64,000 nt of DNA from Blasia pusilla (GCA_050084515.1 CM114271.1:13020001-13084000); one strand, 5' to 3'; shown: positions 1 through 14,488, counted from the stretch's first letter. Numbers and translations are program-made. Notes: a model not told the origin generated them from the sequence alone.

Positions 1-2142
1 ATCATTCTCTTCTTCCCCACCCTTCCTAGCTTCCATCTTCTCCGGTTTTCTTTTCGAATGATGGTTGTAATTATGCCCTGGCCTTAGTCATAGAGACGCT
101 AGTGGTGCTGCAGGAGAAACTACGCAAGTGAAATGGTGCTATTCGTAGTAGTAGCAGTTACCAAGAATTATTCCAGTACGCATTTCGGTCGACCGTAGGT
201 CAGACGCGGGACGGAGGAAAACGGAACGTTGATTAACTTGAGGATCCGGATGTCGACGTGATGCACGCGGCGGCACGTACTTATTTTGGCAGAAAGCTCT
301 CCAGCACCCACGGGCGAGCGTGCACACGCGCGCTCGGCTTTGGGCAATTTGGCCCAAAGCCCCTGCGACGGGTGAAGCCGTGGAACCAAACGTGGTCGGC
401 CGTTTACCACTTTCTACAGCCCAAAACAGAAGAGGAGACCGCGCAGGCCGTGGAGAGCTTCGCACGCAAGCAATCCCACGACAGTTCGCAGGTTTTGGAT
501 CACGCAACCGTTAAACGCTTTGAACATTGCAGTCTGAGATGGACCAATTAGTTTGGATCCCAAGGTACGGTATAGTGTAATTGTGTTGCGAGGATGAGCG
601 AGGGAACCGTATAAGTTTCTGCGGATGCGAGACTCCAAATATTTTCCCCGTCCGTAAAAATAGACCTGGAAAACGAACTGGCCGGGCACTGCTTGGCAAT
701 ACTTAGATTGCGGCACATGGCCAGTTGGACAACTTGCAATAGGACTCGAATGGCATGATCGGAATTATCATATTCTTATTCCCGATTTCGATCTTTCCCG
801 ATGACATATAGCCTTCCCGAAACCTTTAAATGGAGTTTAAACAACTCATGCAATGTATGAGTGAATAGTGCATACGCACATTTCAAGGGCACAGGTACTT
901 TCAGGAAAATAAACAAATTTACTTCATCTATGAAGAAAGAACTCAGCTCTCCAAGTTTCACGAATCAAATATGGAGGTTTTTGAAACAAGAACCCATACT
1001 CTTTTAATAGTATAGATCCGTAACGATCCGCACGTGGATCCGGATCGCTACACATTACACTGTTAGTGTGCGCATGCGCCCTTCCATGACCATGAGGCCA
1101 TATGCGGTTCGTGGCCCAGCCTCGCAGGTCTCGTAGCCCGCAAAAATTATAAATATGATGGCTTACATTCCCAAACTCGAGTGTGGCCGTCATTTCCGAA
1201 TAGGGCCATTTGTACATCACATCCTCTCTATTCGTGATGACGTCAGGCACCTTCAACTAAGATAGCCCGTTGGGCCGAAGGAGGCTCCGGGGAGTTTTTT
1301 CTCGTGAGAACCGGTGCTTTACCGGTCTGTACAAAAGAGAACCGTAAGGAATTTCTTAATTCGGTCTGCTATTTAGATACAAATACAAAGGAGAGTCTGT
1401 GGTTTTTGAGTCCGTAATTTTAAAAAATTCTTCCAGCTAGCTCAACCCCGGTTCTCCCCGACATCGGGCCGCACTCTATTTGATTCTTTTGTCATTATAG
1501 GAGCATATACCCAATTTCGGGTAGTTTTTCGTTTTTTTTGAAAATTTGAAAATTGTTTCTCTTTCATGGCAAACATGGTGAACATAATAATTATTTTGCA
1601 TTTAAGTTTCACTTATTTATTTTTGTATGTTATATAGAGCCAACATGAGCTTTTTAATACCTGGATTTTGAGGTTCTTAAGATACTTTTTCGAGTTTGGT
1701 TGAATTTTTCATCATCCTTTGCCCCATCCATGTTTCTATGTCCACGTAGAGATCTAGAGAAGCACTCACTCGAAGTCCCTACCTCTCCTATTCATTCCGT
1801 CACGAAGGAGAGTGGTATTATGCCTCCTCTCTTGAAGTCTCTTCCAATAATTTTTTTAAGAGACTTCAAGAGAAGGAAGTCTCTACCCTCTCTTTACCTC
1901 TACTCTTAAATCTAAAGGAATGTAGTTTGTTTTTCCCTATCCTTTCTATGTTTGCATTTTTTTACTCCCCTTTAGAGTTGTTATTACCTTTCTTTGTCTT
2001 CTTATGAGATTTCTTTTATAATAAAGTGGATAACTTATTCTCTCCATCTCATATCTATGATCCCTCCCTACTCCTCCCCACGTCTATTCCTTTGCAAAGA
2101 TTAGAGATGAAGATGGAAGGGTGAAGATATATAAACTTTGTT

Positions 2143-2435
2143 GAAGGTTGCATGTGGACATAGTGTGTCCACTGACTTGTCCATGTGCGTGGACTTATGT
2201 CTATCTGAGGAATGGACATAGATATGTCTTTGTGGGAAATTTTTCCCAAATCCTGCATCTTGCATTTGTGCCTATCCACTTCCTGCACCTTGCCAACTCG
2301 CCCATGCGCTTTGATCCGAGGTCTACGAACCACACCCACTCCCTGGTGCTCCACCACAAGAAGGGGGGTGCAGCACGGACTTGGGAGGGGCACAAAGGCA
2401 AGTTAGGGCTTATGTATTTGGTGAGCCTTATGTGA
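2143..2435 (+). mobile_element. Truncated copy of hAT-type MITE family
   Basis: Starts aaggttgcatgtggaca like the left end of the complete copy at 9619-9942 and has the same ggacttatgtc-type subterminal motifs; no right TIR or TSD seen; right boundary approximate. Confidence 0.5.
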
Positions 2436-5322
2436 TTGGAACTTTATCCCTTTTCTCTACGTATTTTCATCCCTCATTGAAAGATTATCTTGTGAAGACA
2501 TAACTCACTTATTTTAAACAAGAGGACTCAACATTATAATCCCCTTTCCTTGAATTATAATCTTTTAGGAACTCTTACAGTCAATTGAAATTTTATCTCA
2601 TTTAATTCAAAGAAATTCCATTCATATACAATGCTTCTTAAATTCACTTAATAGGTTCTACTTGAAGAAGAGTAACTATCATTGTTTCTTTCAATGGAAA
2701 AATATATTTAATTCTATTGAAGCCAATTAAGGGCTTATGCACGATGCTTTTCAAAGTCAAGGTTCTGAATCTGATTTGTAGAATTATCAATAAATTATTT
2801 TAATAAAATTAAAATATTTGGGGTTTTTTTCCAACTTTCCTTGTAGGAAGAACACTAGGTCATAATCCAGGTGCCACAAAAATGTTGGATTTCCCCATAT
2901 ATAATCGAGAATCGAATATTTGATAAATTTTTTTGAACATTTCAAATATTTGGGTTAGCACGCCCAACATTTCCCAAAGTAATCAACACCTCATCCTTTT
3001 CGTCAAGGTGAATCAATCCAAGAATTAAAGGATTTGACTACATGTCCTTCATCTATGTAAGTAGGAAAAGCTATAAGATGGCCTAATATAGAGATATTAT
3101 CACCCTCATTTACCACAAGTCCATAAAACGGCTAAGTCTTACTCTACTTCATACTCCTTTTTGGAAGTTTTTGCATAACACATATTATCATAGGCACACA
3201 AACTTTTTTTCTTGACACATAGTCTTTGTTATTTTGGTAGAAACAACCTTAAGTAGCTCAAAAGTTATGGAAAAGACAAGAGTAGTATTTTTCTTAGCTA
3301 CAACTTAAAGGATATTTCATAAGGATTCAACACACACTCTATTACATGAGGCTTTGACTTTTTTGATCCTTTTCTTCCCACAATGATGACCATAAGTCCA
3401 TGCTAATCAAGCATTTTCCTTCTATTTACCACAATCTATGAATTGAAACACTACTAGAGATTCAAGTGTGGGCACGCTCCATTGCAAGTCTATTTTTTGC
3501 AAGATCAAGCCCTACTTAGTGAGTCCATTAGTGCAACTGTCAATTTGTGAGAGTCCCTTTTGGCTCCATGAAGCTTTGCATGTCACCTTAATAGTGCGGC
3601 TTGTGCAAGTTGACAATAAAACAACTTTGGGGGACATAGGTTGCAAAAATGCCAAAGGTACACCAAATGAACAAGGGGTCAATATGAATACACAACAAAC
3701 CTATAAAGACAAATTTTTTTTAAAAAGTCACAAAATCCCAAACCATGGAGCTATGGGAGATGTAGAGACCCATGGAGCCTTAGAGCTACAAGGAAAATTG
3801 CAGATGTTAGTGATAGTCATTAAATTGTTTGAAGTTAAAAATTCTAATTCTTGAAATATGAAAGAGAATTTAGTGAAGAAGATATATTGTGCAGACTCCG
3901 GATTGTTGAATAGTGCAAGCTAGACCAAAAGCTAGACTGGACCGAACTCGAGGATACAACAAACTTGCTAACTGAGCCTAACTCGTGGTCTTCATTGACA
4001 AGGTGGATTACTTTCCCTTATGGGAGCTAAGAAAGGAGACTTTTTATCCAAAAATCTGAAAACTTTGAAACCTCTCAGATAGGGTTCTTCTATTTCAATT
4101 TTGGATTAGGGAAAAAGAAACAGGGTTAAAAAAAGTCATTTTAGCTTAGAAATAAGATAGGGGCATGAAGGTCTCTGTAAATAAATAAATATTTATTTAT
4201 TTTTTTACTAATATTGGAATATTACTGACAAACAAATAATGTATATCTTCTTTAAAAAATTAATTAAAGAGTACACGGTGCTCCCAAGAGCACCAATAGG
4301 AGACCTTAAACTTATAATTGACCTAACATTATGGAAAACTTATAATGTTAGGTCAATTATAAGTTTTCCATTTAATTACATTTGATTTTATTATGTAGGG
4401 TCTTCCTTGGATTCCAGAAATTTTGCATATTTCTAAATTTATGGGATTTATTTTAAGGATACCTCTTTCTCACTTATTTTCCCTGGTTCACGTCCCTAAT
4501 AGTAAAAGCTCATAGCAAAACTTTAAAATGTTCTTTATTGCTTTTGTCTTCCCTTCATAGTTGGAAAATTTGATTAAGGCTTCTCCATATCTCCAAGGAA
4601 ATGGTCGAGAGTGATATAAACGTGATTGTGGAAACAATATAAGTGGGACATAATTATTTCTTTTTTTGGATTACAATTTAAAAATATCGTATCCCTTTTT
4701 ACTTGAAAAAATTTCCATTCTTCTTTTTTCATCACAACAATTTGTCCAATATTAGTTCTTTTGAACCCTAAAATTGTTTGCATCCCTCGTTTCTCCCTTG
4801 TATCTTCCAAACTTTAATTTTACTAAATATTTATAAAGTTGAGCAAATATATCCTAGTCAATCATACTTGCATAGTGTGCTACTATTTTAAAAAAATTGG
4901 TCAAGATTGTGGTTAGAGGATTAATTTTCATTTTAAAAAACTCCAAAAATTTAAGTATCGCAAGAAAATTTTCAATTCATGACGTGAAGGTGGGAGGCTA
5001 ATGGACTTTAGAATCAAAGACGGGAAGGCTAAATAAATTTCTTACATTTGGTGTCAAATGCTACAAGGACAGCAAAATTGAGTATCAAGTGCCAAAAGGA
5101 TATTGTAAGGCCAAAAGGCATTGGCAAGGTGTTGATCAAAAGGTCATCACTATTGGCTATGAACACTAGAAGTCCACTCAAAGGAGGATATGCTTGTGCG
5201 TTTATGAGGGCAAAGGGGCATTGGTTGCATTATTCATGAGCATGTTAACCATCCATAATGACCACATGACCGATTGGATGATAACTAAAGTAGCGGGAGT
5301 ATTTGAAATCATAATCAATCAA

Positions 5323-5355
<33 letters not shown>

Positions 5356-5409
5356 ACATATACATCTGAGTTTTTCTCTAAGAGGTATGTTTTATGCTAA
5401 AAAAATGAT

Positions 5410-5920
5410 GGGTGATTTTATGGAAGAAGAGGATATAGAACTTTCGGGAAATGTCTCGACTTTAAACTTGGATGGAGATCATGGGCCTTCAAAGGAAAAT
5501 ATATTATGGTTTTGTGTAAGATGAATTTACATTTTTATAAATTAGGGAGAAAATCAAGATAAATTACACAAAATCTATAATTTCCGTAAAGGGAGGTTCT
5601 ATTCAGATCTCATTAGATTAGACCAATATCTAACTAGGAAATCCATCGATACTAATAATGGAAAGAAGCAAGATCAAAAAAATTTTAAGTATACAAATTC
5701 TCATTATCGAATGCAATTGTGGCTACAGATTGATTGCAAGCTGCAATTATAGGTAGAAGTAATTATCAATATTTTGGTGGTATTTTTGGATGTAGAGGGT
5801 TTCATCAAGGCTATCAAATTAATATCTCATGCATGATTAAAGATTCAAAGTGGATTTCAGAAATGATCCTCCATCAAATCAAGGAGATGGAACAAAAGAA
5901 TTTCCCTCATGAAAGTCATA
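5410..5920 (+). pseudogene. Decayed hAT transposase fragment (DUF659-like region)
   Basis: Frameshifted translation IINILVVFLDVEGFIKAI / NISCMIKDSKWISEMILHQIKEMEQKN fits the hAT pattern LIN..V....G..F.KAID.S...KD...I...L...IEE.G..N; many stops. Confidence 0.5.
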
Positions 5921-5989
5921 AGTAAGCAACTTTTCTAACCCTCTACAAAGAAAGACAAGGGTTCTTTTCTTTCTCCCAATAACCAAAGA

Positions 5990-8250
5990 AATCAAATTTG
6001 AAATGTGTAATGAAGGCTACCCCTAAACCAAAACATAACCTATCTCCAGAAACGGGGTTGATAAACTGATTCCTCTAAATAAATTGTCCCTAAAATCAGA
6101 GGAGAATTTAGTTATAACTATCTATTCATACCTTTCTTCCTAGTCTACTAGATCAAGGCAAGTGCAACTACAGTCCATACCCTTTGCTAATTGTAGTTCC
6201 TAGATGACTTATGGACGCAATACCATCCATATGTCTTGTGTTTGGAATGTACGACGTTCTCAACATCTTCCTTGGAGTCTAATGACTCACGTGTAAGAAA
6301 ATGGATATTCTAAATAACGATAAGTTTGGAAACAAAAACTAGAGAGATAACACCCCCACCTAGCAAGCATCCATGTAAGCTCGTTGGATTCCATCAACCA
6401 CCTCAAAAATTGATAATAAGTGAGAAAGGCTTTCTGAATAAACAACACTTATAATGTTACACAATCCACACTATAGCCAAGAACTTAAATTTCCTCATAG
6501 GAGATGTACTTCACTTTTGTAATGTTGTTCGATTGGCTTACCTAAGCCTCAAAGAACTCCATCCACTCATAATCTCTCTAATTAAGTAAGCAACTCTCTT
6601 AGGCCCAACATGCTCCAATCTGTTTGTAATTGGAATAGAAGATCCTAATAGATCTTTGTAAAATGATCAAGGATGCCTACTTGTCCTTAAGAGCTCTTGA
6701 AATGGTCCCTCATGATCATCTCCCCAATGCCGCATCTAATCAAGGATGGTTAGCAAGGTCAAAGACTTTGCAATATAATTAAAAACATTGATATACCATC
6801 TATATAATTTTTCCAAGCCTAGAAATGCTCAAACTTGACTCACGTCTGTGGAGCGTGGGATACGTAGACTCTATCTTTGTAAATTTAACACTTAACCCAC
6901 CTAGATATATAATGTGCCGTAAATACTTGATTTGTTATTGGAAGAATATGCACTTACGTGAATGAAGCTTCCATCCATATAATTAAAATTATCAAAATAC
7001 CTCCTTTAAGTGTCGCTTATGCTTCTCAACCATTGAACTAAATCTATAGGATAATATCATCTATGTAACATCATACCTACTCCAAACCATCTAGAATTCT
7101 ATTCATGACTATCTTGTACCCCGCAAGGACATTCTTCAACCCAAATGGCATCAACCGTCACTTGTACAAATTATCTCTCCCCTATTGATCTATCACCCAA
7201 AAATTTGGCCTTCTCTTTGTTCTTCATCCTAATTAGAAGGTGATAACAGCCAACATAGAGATCTAAATTAAAGAAGATCTCTAGGCGCCTAGGCTACTGT
7301 ATCAAAAATCTCCTCAAGAGTATACATGGGCTTGAGCATGGGGTATTAATCCGACCTTGTCTGTCAATTGATAAGATGGAAATCTCCACATATCCACATA
7401 TCCGCCATACATATTTTTATTTGATGGCATGAGTTTGGCAGATGCATACTCTCCACGCAATAACTCCAATAGTCTTGCCTCCCACAAGTCTCATTGCCTA
7501 CTCTAAATTAAGGCTCTCTCAATATTGGAATACACGTCAGATTAACAAAAGATTGGCATATTACTAGCCAAATCAATTAGCACATTAGGATCCTTCAAAG
7601 TCCCAAAATCCCTCATTTTCTACTGAAGGCGCAAAAACTAATTTTCCCTCAAGAACCAATATATTCGACATCTCTCTCCTCTTGTCAAGTCAAGACCTAC
7701 CATATGCTCCCCAGTCTCCATCGATTGTGACCTTACTCAAAGAAGAAGATTCAGATTGTGATTACTACTCAACAATCCAAGCCACCTTCACTACATACAC
7801 CCCAATCTAATCTCCGATATCATGCTCCATATATGAAAAAATAACATATTCTTCTTTGGTTGCCTTAACACTCTCTACTCTCATGATGTCCTTAGAAGTC
7901 CATGTATGCCTAACTATCTCTCCTCTCTCCCCCGACCAATACCCCCACAAACTCTATAGACTGAGTTCTAGCCCATGGATGACATCCGCATTCCTTGTTG
8001 CTGAATCAAACCTAGGATGACTGTCCATGTGAGATGGTTCAAGTCCATTTTCTAACCAAGCACATCAGCACATGTCTTCGCGAGGCCTTTGATATCTCTC
8101 GGATCATTGGGAACATGTGAAATCCCTATGTATGTGGAATCGACCGTACGTTTTTTTGTCACGAGCTATGGGATTCACGACTTGCAAGTCAGAATTTCAT
8201 GATCAAGTTGGATGATCTGAGGTTAGGTTGCTCTATTATATATTTTGGGA
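5990..8250 (-). mobile_element. Decayed Ty3/Gypsy pol remnant
   Basis: Minus strand gives LMPFGLKNVLAGYKIVMNRILDG (~7090-7155) and CYIDDII (~7050-7070), the Gypsy RT motifs MPFGLKNAP and YxDD; heavily interrupted; boundaries approximate. Confidence 0.75.
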
Positions 8251-9495
8251 GTATTGGAGGAATACTATAGAGTGCAAAGGTGTTCGTAAATAGGTGAAGG
8301 CCCTATTGCATAACCGTAATGTTGGGAAGACCTAGGAAGAATATGCCAAGGTTAGAAAGAGAGTATTTAACCCTATTTCTTTGTCTTGGGTTGAAATTAG
8401 AAGATTTTACAGAGCAATTAATTATATGTATATTTCAAAATAGGAGGGGTTTCTATCATATAACTTACAAGGAGTGCTTCAAATTTACAACGAAGGGAGA
8501 TTTCATTTTGAGAATTGACAAGGAAGATAAGATTGGGACTTAGTGAGGGACAAGATCAACGTTGATGCCTATGAAGTTGGACTATCTTACAAAGATTAAA
8601 GTCCAAACGTAAGTTCAAACTTATGCTCAAGAGAGGAAGTTATTGTATTAAATGAATTTCAGGTTGAGAATAAGGGTATGTGCACTATGAACAAAGAAAC
8701 ACAAACTAGATGTCCTCCTAGAAGAAGAAACAAAAGGGAAGGATTTGTTAGGATTCCTTGGTAATATCATGGTATCCCATAACAGTCAAGCCTTTGGAGG
8801 AGGTGAAGCTTTAATAGACTTTCTCCAAGACATGGGAAGGAACCTAAATAGGAAATAGAAAGAACATCATTACATAGGCTACATTGGAGGCTTTACTACA
8901 TTTAGGTGAGAGACTTGTAGCTTGATGGTTCTAAGATTGAAAACTGTTACATTGAAAAGAGATAGAATCGAATTTCTCACCTTTGAATGCCGCATTAGAC
9001 TTAAGATTTTTTTTGAAGTAGAGAGAATTTTAATTGTAACAAATGCGTACTAGAAAAAATTGATTGGGGATGTCCTTATGATATTTGCTAAAGCTAAAAC
9101 CAAGGTTAAATGTTGAGTAAAGTGACTTTCCATTATGTGAAAGTTTTGGTCTTTATATATTTTCCATTTTTGCATGTGGGATCGTGTTAGAATGTCTAAC
9201 TCATACAAACTCTTGGGTACAATTAGGACTCCAAGTGGGATACTTTGGAGGGATTTTTTGGCCTAATTGAATATCATAATTTTTCTTTGGGATTAGAAGT
9301 CTTAGTTAAGGAGGATGATGAGGGTTATGAGAATAATCTTAACTTTTATGAAAGAATTGGTACATATGGTTGTATTATTATTATTGTGAACCCTTTGACA
9401 ATGCATGAAAAGTTTCCTAATTAACTAGTTATTTGTGCCACATACACATGTAATAACTTTATAGCAATAGGAAGAGATGAAAGAAATGTGGGATA

Positions 9496-10714
9496 TCTAT
9501 ATTATTAAAAGAGGACGGGGTTTGAGAACCCCTTCTCCCGTGGTGACACGTAGATGTTTTGAAGCCTTCCCCTTACGACACGTGTCGACACAAGAGAATT
9601 CAGCACATGGTAGGGGAGCAAGGTTGCATGTGGACAAAGTCTATGTCTGTGGACATATCCGTGGACTTATGTCCGTCCTATGGAAGGACTTGTCCGTATG
9701 GGCCCCATCTTTTGCTTCTTTCTCATTCCACTTACTTGCCTTCCTGTTCCATACTCCCCTATTTCTTCCTCCCTCCACCTCTACTCCCTTCTCTCTCATT
9801 GCTCCTCTCATCCTTGCCTTGCCTTCCATTATGGGCTAAAAGTTTGGGTCCTACCTCTTGGAACCCACGTCCGTGTATATGTCAAGACTTGTCCGTCCAT
9901 GTCCGTCCTAAGGAAGGACTTGTCCGTTTTTGTGCAACCATGTAGGGGAGGGGGTACGGGACTGTTAAGAGGAGGGACATTCAAATAATAGTAATCCATT
10001 TTACTATTTGAACCACATTAGATAGGTAAAAATAGACCAAGTAGAAAAAACTCATAAGGATTTGAATGAAATAGAAAATTATTTCATTATTTAATATCAT
10101 AATGGATTATTATAAATGGAATATTTATTATTTAAAAATTATAATTTATGTCTTAATTCACATGTGATGGAAAGAGAAAATAAATTTTAATGGAGAAGGA
10201 GTACATCAAATTTTATGGAAGGCTAAAATTAGTTAAGAGATTAGGATATCATTTAAATTTGAATGGAGTATTGTAATTACTTAAAAGAGAGAATATTACT
10301 ACTCTTCTAAGATTTTAGAAAATAAGAATTATATTGAAAGTTTGAAATTAATGATGTGATTATTTTAAAAACTAATCATATTAATTCACATGTGATATTT
10401 TGGGAAAGGAAAATTATTTCAGTAGTTAAAGTTAATAAAAAAAAAATTTTAGTCAATGTGATTTTGGTGGGAAGAGTGGAAGGGGAAGAATAATTTTTGT
10501 TGGAACTTTTAGGGAGGAATGCAATTATTTAGGGGAGATGGATATTATCTAAAGGTGATTTTCTTACTCTTTTAAGATTTATGAAAATGGAAATTATACC
10601 TAAATTTTGAAATTAAATCTATTTTAAGTATAATTTTTTAAAAATATCATTAAAATCTGTTTTTAAGCCATTCTATTGAGGAAACTATGTTAGGCGTGCA
10701 TGGCACGGATAACA
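9496..10714 (+). mobile_element. Non-autonomous Helitron-like element
   Basis: 5' end A|TCTATATTATTAAAAGAG at 9496, AT-rich body, and subterminal hairpin cgtgc-atg-gcacg at 10695-10707 directly before another Helitron-type 5' end. Confidence 0.55.
9619..9942 (+). mobile_element. hAT-type MITE, complete
   Basis: TIRs caaggttgca / tgcaaccatg; perfect 8-bp TSD taggggag at 9611-9618 and 9943-9950. Confidence 0.9.
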
Positions 10715-10790
10715 TCTATATTATTATGGGAGAGTGCCTTCTTGATTTGCAAATACCTCTCTGTTTGACACGTGGCAACTAGGAAGTAAG
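10715..10790 (+). mobile_element. Helitron 5' terminus, same family as H2/H3
   Basis: A|TCTATATTATTATGGGAGAGTGCCTTCTTGATTTGCAAATACCTCT aligns with TCTATACTATTATGGGAGAGTCCTTTCTCGCTGCGCAAACACCTCT at 58887; the 3' extent was not found. Confidence 0.6.
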
Positions 10791-13557
10791 AAAATGTTTC
10801 TCCTTATGTAAACAACAAAGAAAAAGTTTGAATTTGTGTGTAGCATCATTAATCCCTTCCCTTCACAAGTAATATACTAAAAAAAGTTCTTCAAACACTT
10901 TTTATTCTTCGAACACTTTACTAGTATATTATAGGGCACAAGTAGGCCTTGTATTGGGTCACTCCTTCAATGGTGATGCATAGAGATGAAAGCTTATACT
11001 CAAGAATTATATGGGGAAAGGTCCATTCAGAATTCAAAAAATTGGATTAGGAAGGCTGGGGATTCTCCATCCATGAGTACCCTAATGGGTATTGTGATGG
11101 GTTTGGTAACTTTGGTGACTAAAATCCTACTCATTGTCGTAAAAAACTGTTACATCCATTAGATTAAGAAAACCATCTAATGATCTCAAGTACTCACGTT
11201 GCTTCTTTGGAATATGTACAAAAGGTTATCATCTTTATCCCCACAAGAAACACATGTTAAATTTAATTACATAACTAGGAGGGATCAAAATTTTGGGCTC
11301 TTCCTAGATTGTTGATGGCAAGGAAGTGCTTCATCCATCCTTATTTGCAAGTCTCCATGATTTGCAAGCAAGGAGGGATGGAGAATAAGAGAGGACATTA
11401 GGAACTATGGTGCATATCTCCATATGCATAGATTACATTGATGTTTTTTATTCCCATAATTGTGTGAATCATGACTTGTGGATCCAGATGATTCATGCTT
11501 TGCTCTAAAATCACTTCATTCCTACAATTATGGAGGTTATGCTTGAAACTACATTGTCATACATAAAGTAAGAAGAATGTGATTAGTATACAAGCATTCC
11601 ATGATGTGCGTATGTCATGTCATTTTGCTGTTTATCTTAGTTTTCTTTTCTAAAAAAAACACTTATTGCTCTCTATTCCTCTCCATATGACATGTTCTCA
11701 TTCTTGATTTTTCTTTTCTAAAGTTGGAGGGATAGCGGGTCATGAGGTAAATTAAGATTTTGAAGCTTGCTTTGATATATTTTTTGTTAGGTTTGAAAAA
11801 TCTAACAACATTGGAATTTGGTGCAGAAGGCTTGAAATAAGCTTGGTAGAGATCATGATGGAATGAAGAAAATTTGGCATGATTTACGTATACATTTTTT
11901 TCTTCCCATCCCGGTGGTGTTGTAGTTGGATGATTGCTGTAGTGGTATAAGAGATATCTCAATGAGGGAGGACTTGAGGCAAGGTTTGTGGAAGGCACAA
12001 AATCTATGCTCAAAGTTAGAAATGAATCCTTGTATAAGAGAGATAGATACTAGGTGGTACTACACACCTTGGATTATAGAGATCTAGATTTGGAAAAAAT
12101 ATGTCATATTAACATGGAATATAGAACCTGATCTAGATGGAGAACATAAAGTTTATTGTGCTTGAAATTTTACCCTTGAGAAGGCTCCTTTCTAGCTAGT
12201 GGCATTGGAAGATCAAACTCAATTATAGTGACTAAGGGACCAACTTGAGAATAAGCTAACTTGAAGGACACTACATTGTGGAACACCATTGATACTAATA
12301 CACATTTATTTGGAGATGAGGAGATGTAAGTAAGAGGCTGATTATTGCTATATTTATAGTTGGCACCAGAAGAAATTTTGTATTACATAGTTGATTTCTG
12401 ATAAATGCCTAGTTCAAGTCATTCATTCATAATTCATTGTAAATGACTCACAATGACTCATAACCATTAGAGTTATTTAAAAAAAGTCATTTACCTCAAA
12501 TGACTATGACTACCCGCTAGTATATGACTAAAGTCATTAATGAATAAGTCACTATTAATATTTGTCTAATATATCTTGTATGAGTGACACGTCAAATTAC
12601 CACATTGGTGTATGACTTCGCAGGCATATTGTCATATGGCCATCATTGAATGACATGTGTATGTAATAACTCAATCATAAATACTCTTTCCATCTCATCG
12701 AACGACTTGCCATAATGATTCGGATTGTCCACATAAATTCACATATGATCATGTGTTACTATAATGTGGAAATGAATGACTGAATCGCACACTCAATCAC
12801 TACAGATACTCACAAGGATTGTCATTATGCAATGATATAATGCCATATGTAAGAAAATCATCCAATGACCTTATAACATGTGGTGAAAAAAACTTGGTCA
12901 CAGAAAATATATTCATTTCATTAGTGTATGAATCATTTTAAATTCTTTTAAGACTTAGTCTTTTGATATGACTAGATCAATCACTTTAGATGACTAGTTG
13001 TTATGATTGTATCATCATTGACATGATTATATCAATCATAACCATATGAATAAAAGCTACATTTAATTACTGTAGTTGATATTGTGTTGAGTATTTGAGT
13101 TATTTTCCTCATTACATTAGTCATTGATAGACATTAGACTAAGTAAGAATAGATAGAGTTTGGAACATAGGTCCAAATTATGGACAAGTTCTTAAGCTTG
13201 TAGATTTTTGCAACATGCCAAGCACACAAGGTTGTACATACACAAAGTCTATGCCCATGGACACATGCATGCAGGCCCACGTACCCACGGCACGCACTCA
13301 AACCCGCCCTTGCCCGCAATGACTATTGCCCGGAGATGCACTGATGCTAGTAATAGCCCTTGCCACCTCGCCCCTTGGTGATGCTAGAGGCATTGGTGCC
13401 TAATGATTTTCATCCACCATATAATGGTGGATGAAAATCCATCACTGCATCAACAACGTCGTCATGATCCTCATGTATATAAGTGGTTGAATGTAGTTGA
13501 TACAATTTGGGTAGTTAACACTCATAGTGGTATGTATTCCAACCTTCCAAACCTGAT

Positions 13558-14488
13558 CAAGGTTGCATATGGACAAAGTTTGTGTTCGCCCCTAGGATGG
13601 ACATGTCCATGTGGGCCCAAGTTTCCACGACCTGCATCCGATCCTACCCCACCGATAACGTAGACTTACGCTCGGCCAACCTACAACTTGTCCTACGACC
13701 TATCACCCATCTTTGCCACCGATTTTGCAGCCCACACCAAGCTCACATGGCTTGCATCAAGCCTCCATGGGATGCCCCGCCCAATGACTGGCACACATCT
13801 GGCAGGCTCAATGTAAGCTAGGTAAGAGCTCGTAGCCCGCACGCCCATTCAATCGCTGCTTGCCTCCCTTCATCCGAACTTGCACATGTTCCCGCATCGC
13901 GCTCCAAGCCTGCGAGGCAAAGTTACACGGAAATGGACAAGTTTGTCCAAGGGACAGACATGCCCGGCGCGCCCCTAAGCCACGGTAGGCTCTGGCGGGC
14001 GACGCAACGAGTACGGGCTCCGTCTGTCTGTGTCTACGCGGCGGGCATGGGCGGGCTCGGGTGTGCAGGCCCGCGCAGGCCCTATACGGGCCACGATCTT
14101 GCATGGCGGACTTTGGGCGGGCGCCCTACGGCCCCCCAACCTGCCTTGCAAGCCATATATGGGCCCTGAGCCTGCCCAATGGGGGCCACGCCCACCCTAC
14201 GGGCCTGGTTGAGGGCCTACCGCAGGCCTTGGCAAGCAACGCAACAGGTGGGTGCTCCGTCAGCCCGGATCTACACGGCGGGCTCAAGTGCGGGCCGCGG
14301 GTACCTGGGCCCGCATAGACATGTCTGTCCATAGGACGGACATAAGTCCACAAACATGGACTTTGTCTGTGAGCAACGTTGCCGCGAGGGCGACCAGGGT
14401 ACCAAGAAAACCCGAGCCGGGGAACCATTGAGCATGTCCCTAAACATATGCATCCCAGGACGGACAAGTCCATTTTCGTGCAACCATG
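13558..14488 (+). mobile_element. Non-autonomous hAT element (931 bp, GC-rich interior), same TIR family as the MITE
   Basis: TIRs caaggttgca...tgcaaccatg; 8-bp TSD aacctgat / aacctaat (1 mismatch). A truncated related end lies at ~13226-13310. Confidence 0.85.

Noticed and set aside
139-716. Overlapping ORFs in the GC-richer window start, e.g. 258-551
   Set aside because: No recognisable domain or consistent exon structure; may be UTR or promoter of a gene outside the window.
5322-5349. (TC)n microsatellite
   Set aside because: Ordinary simple repeat.
13808-14483. Cluster of ORFs on both strands
   Set aside because: Expected from high GC inside a TIR/TSD-bounded non-autonomous element.
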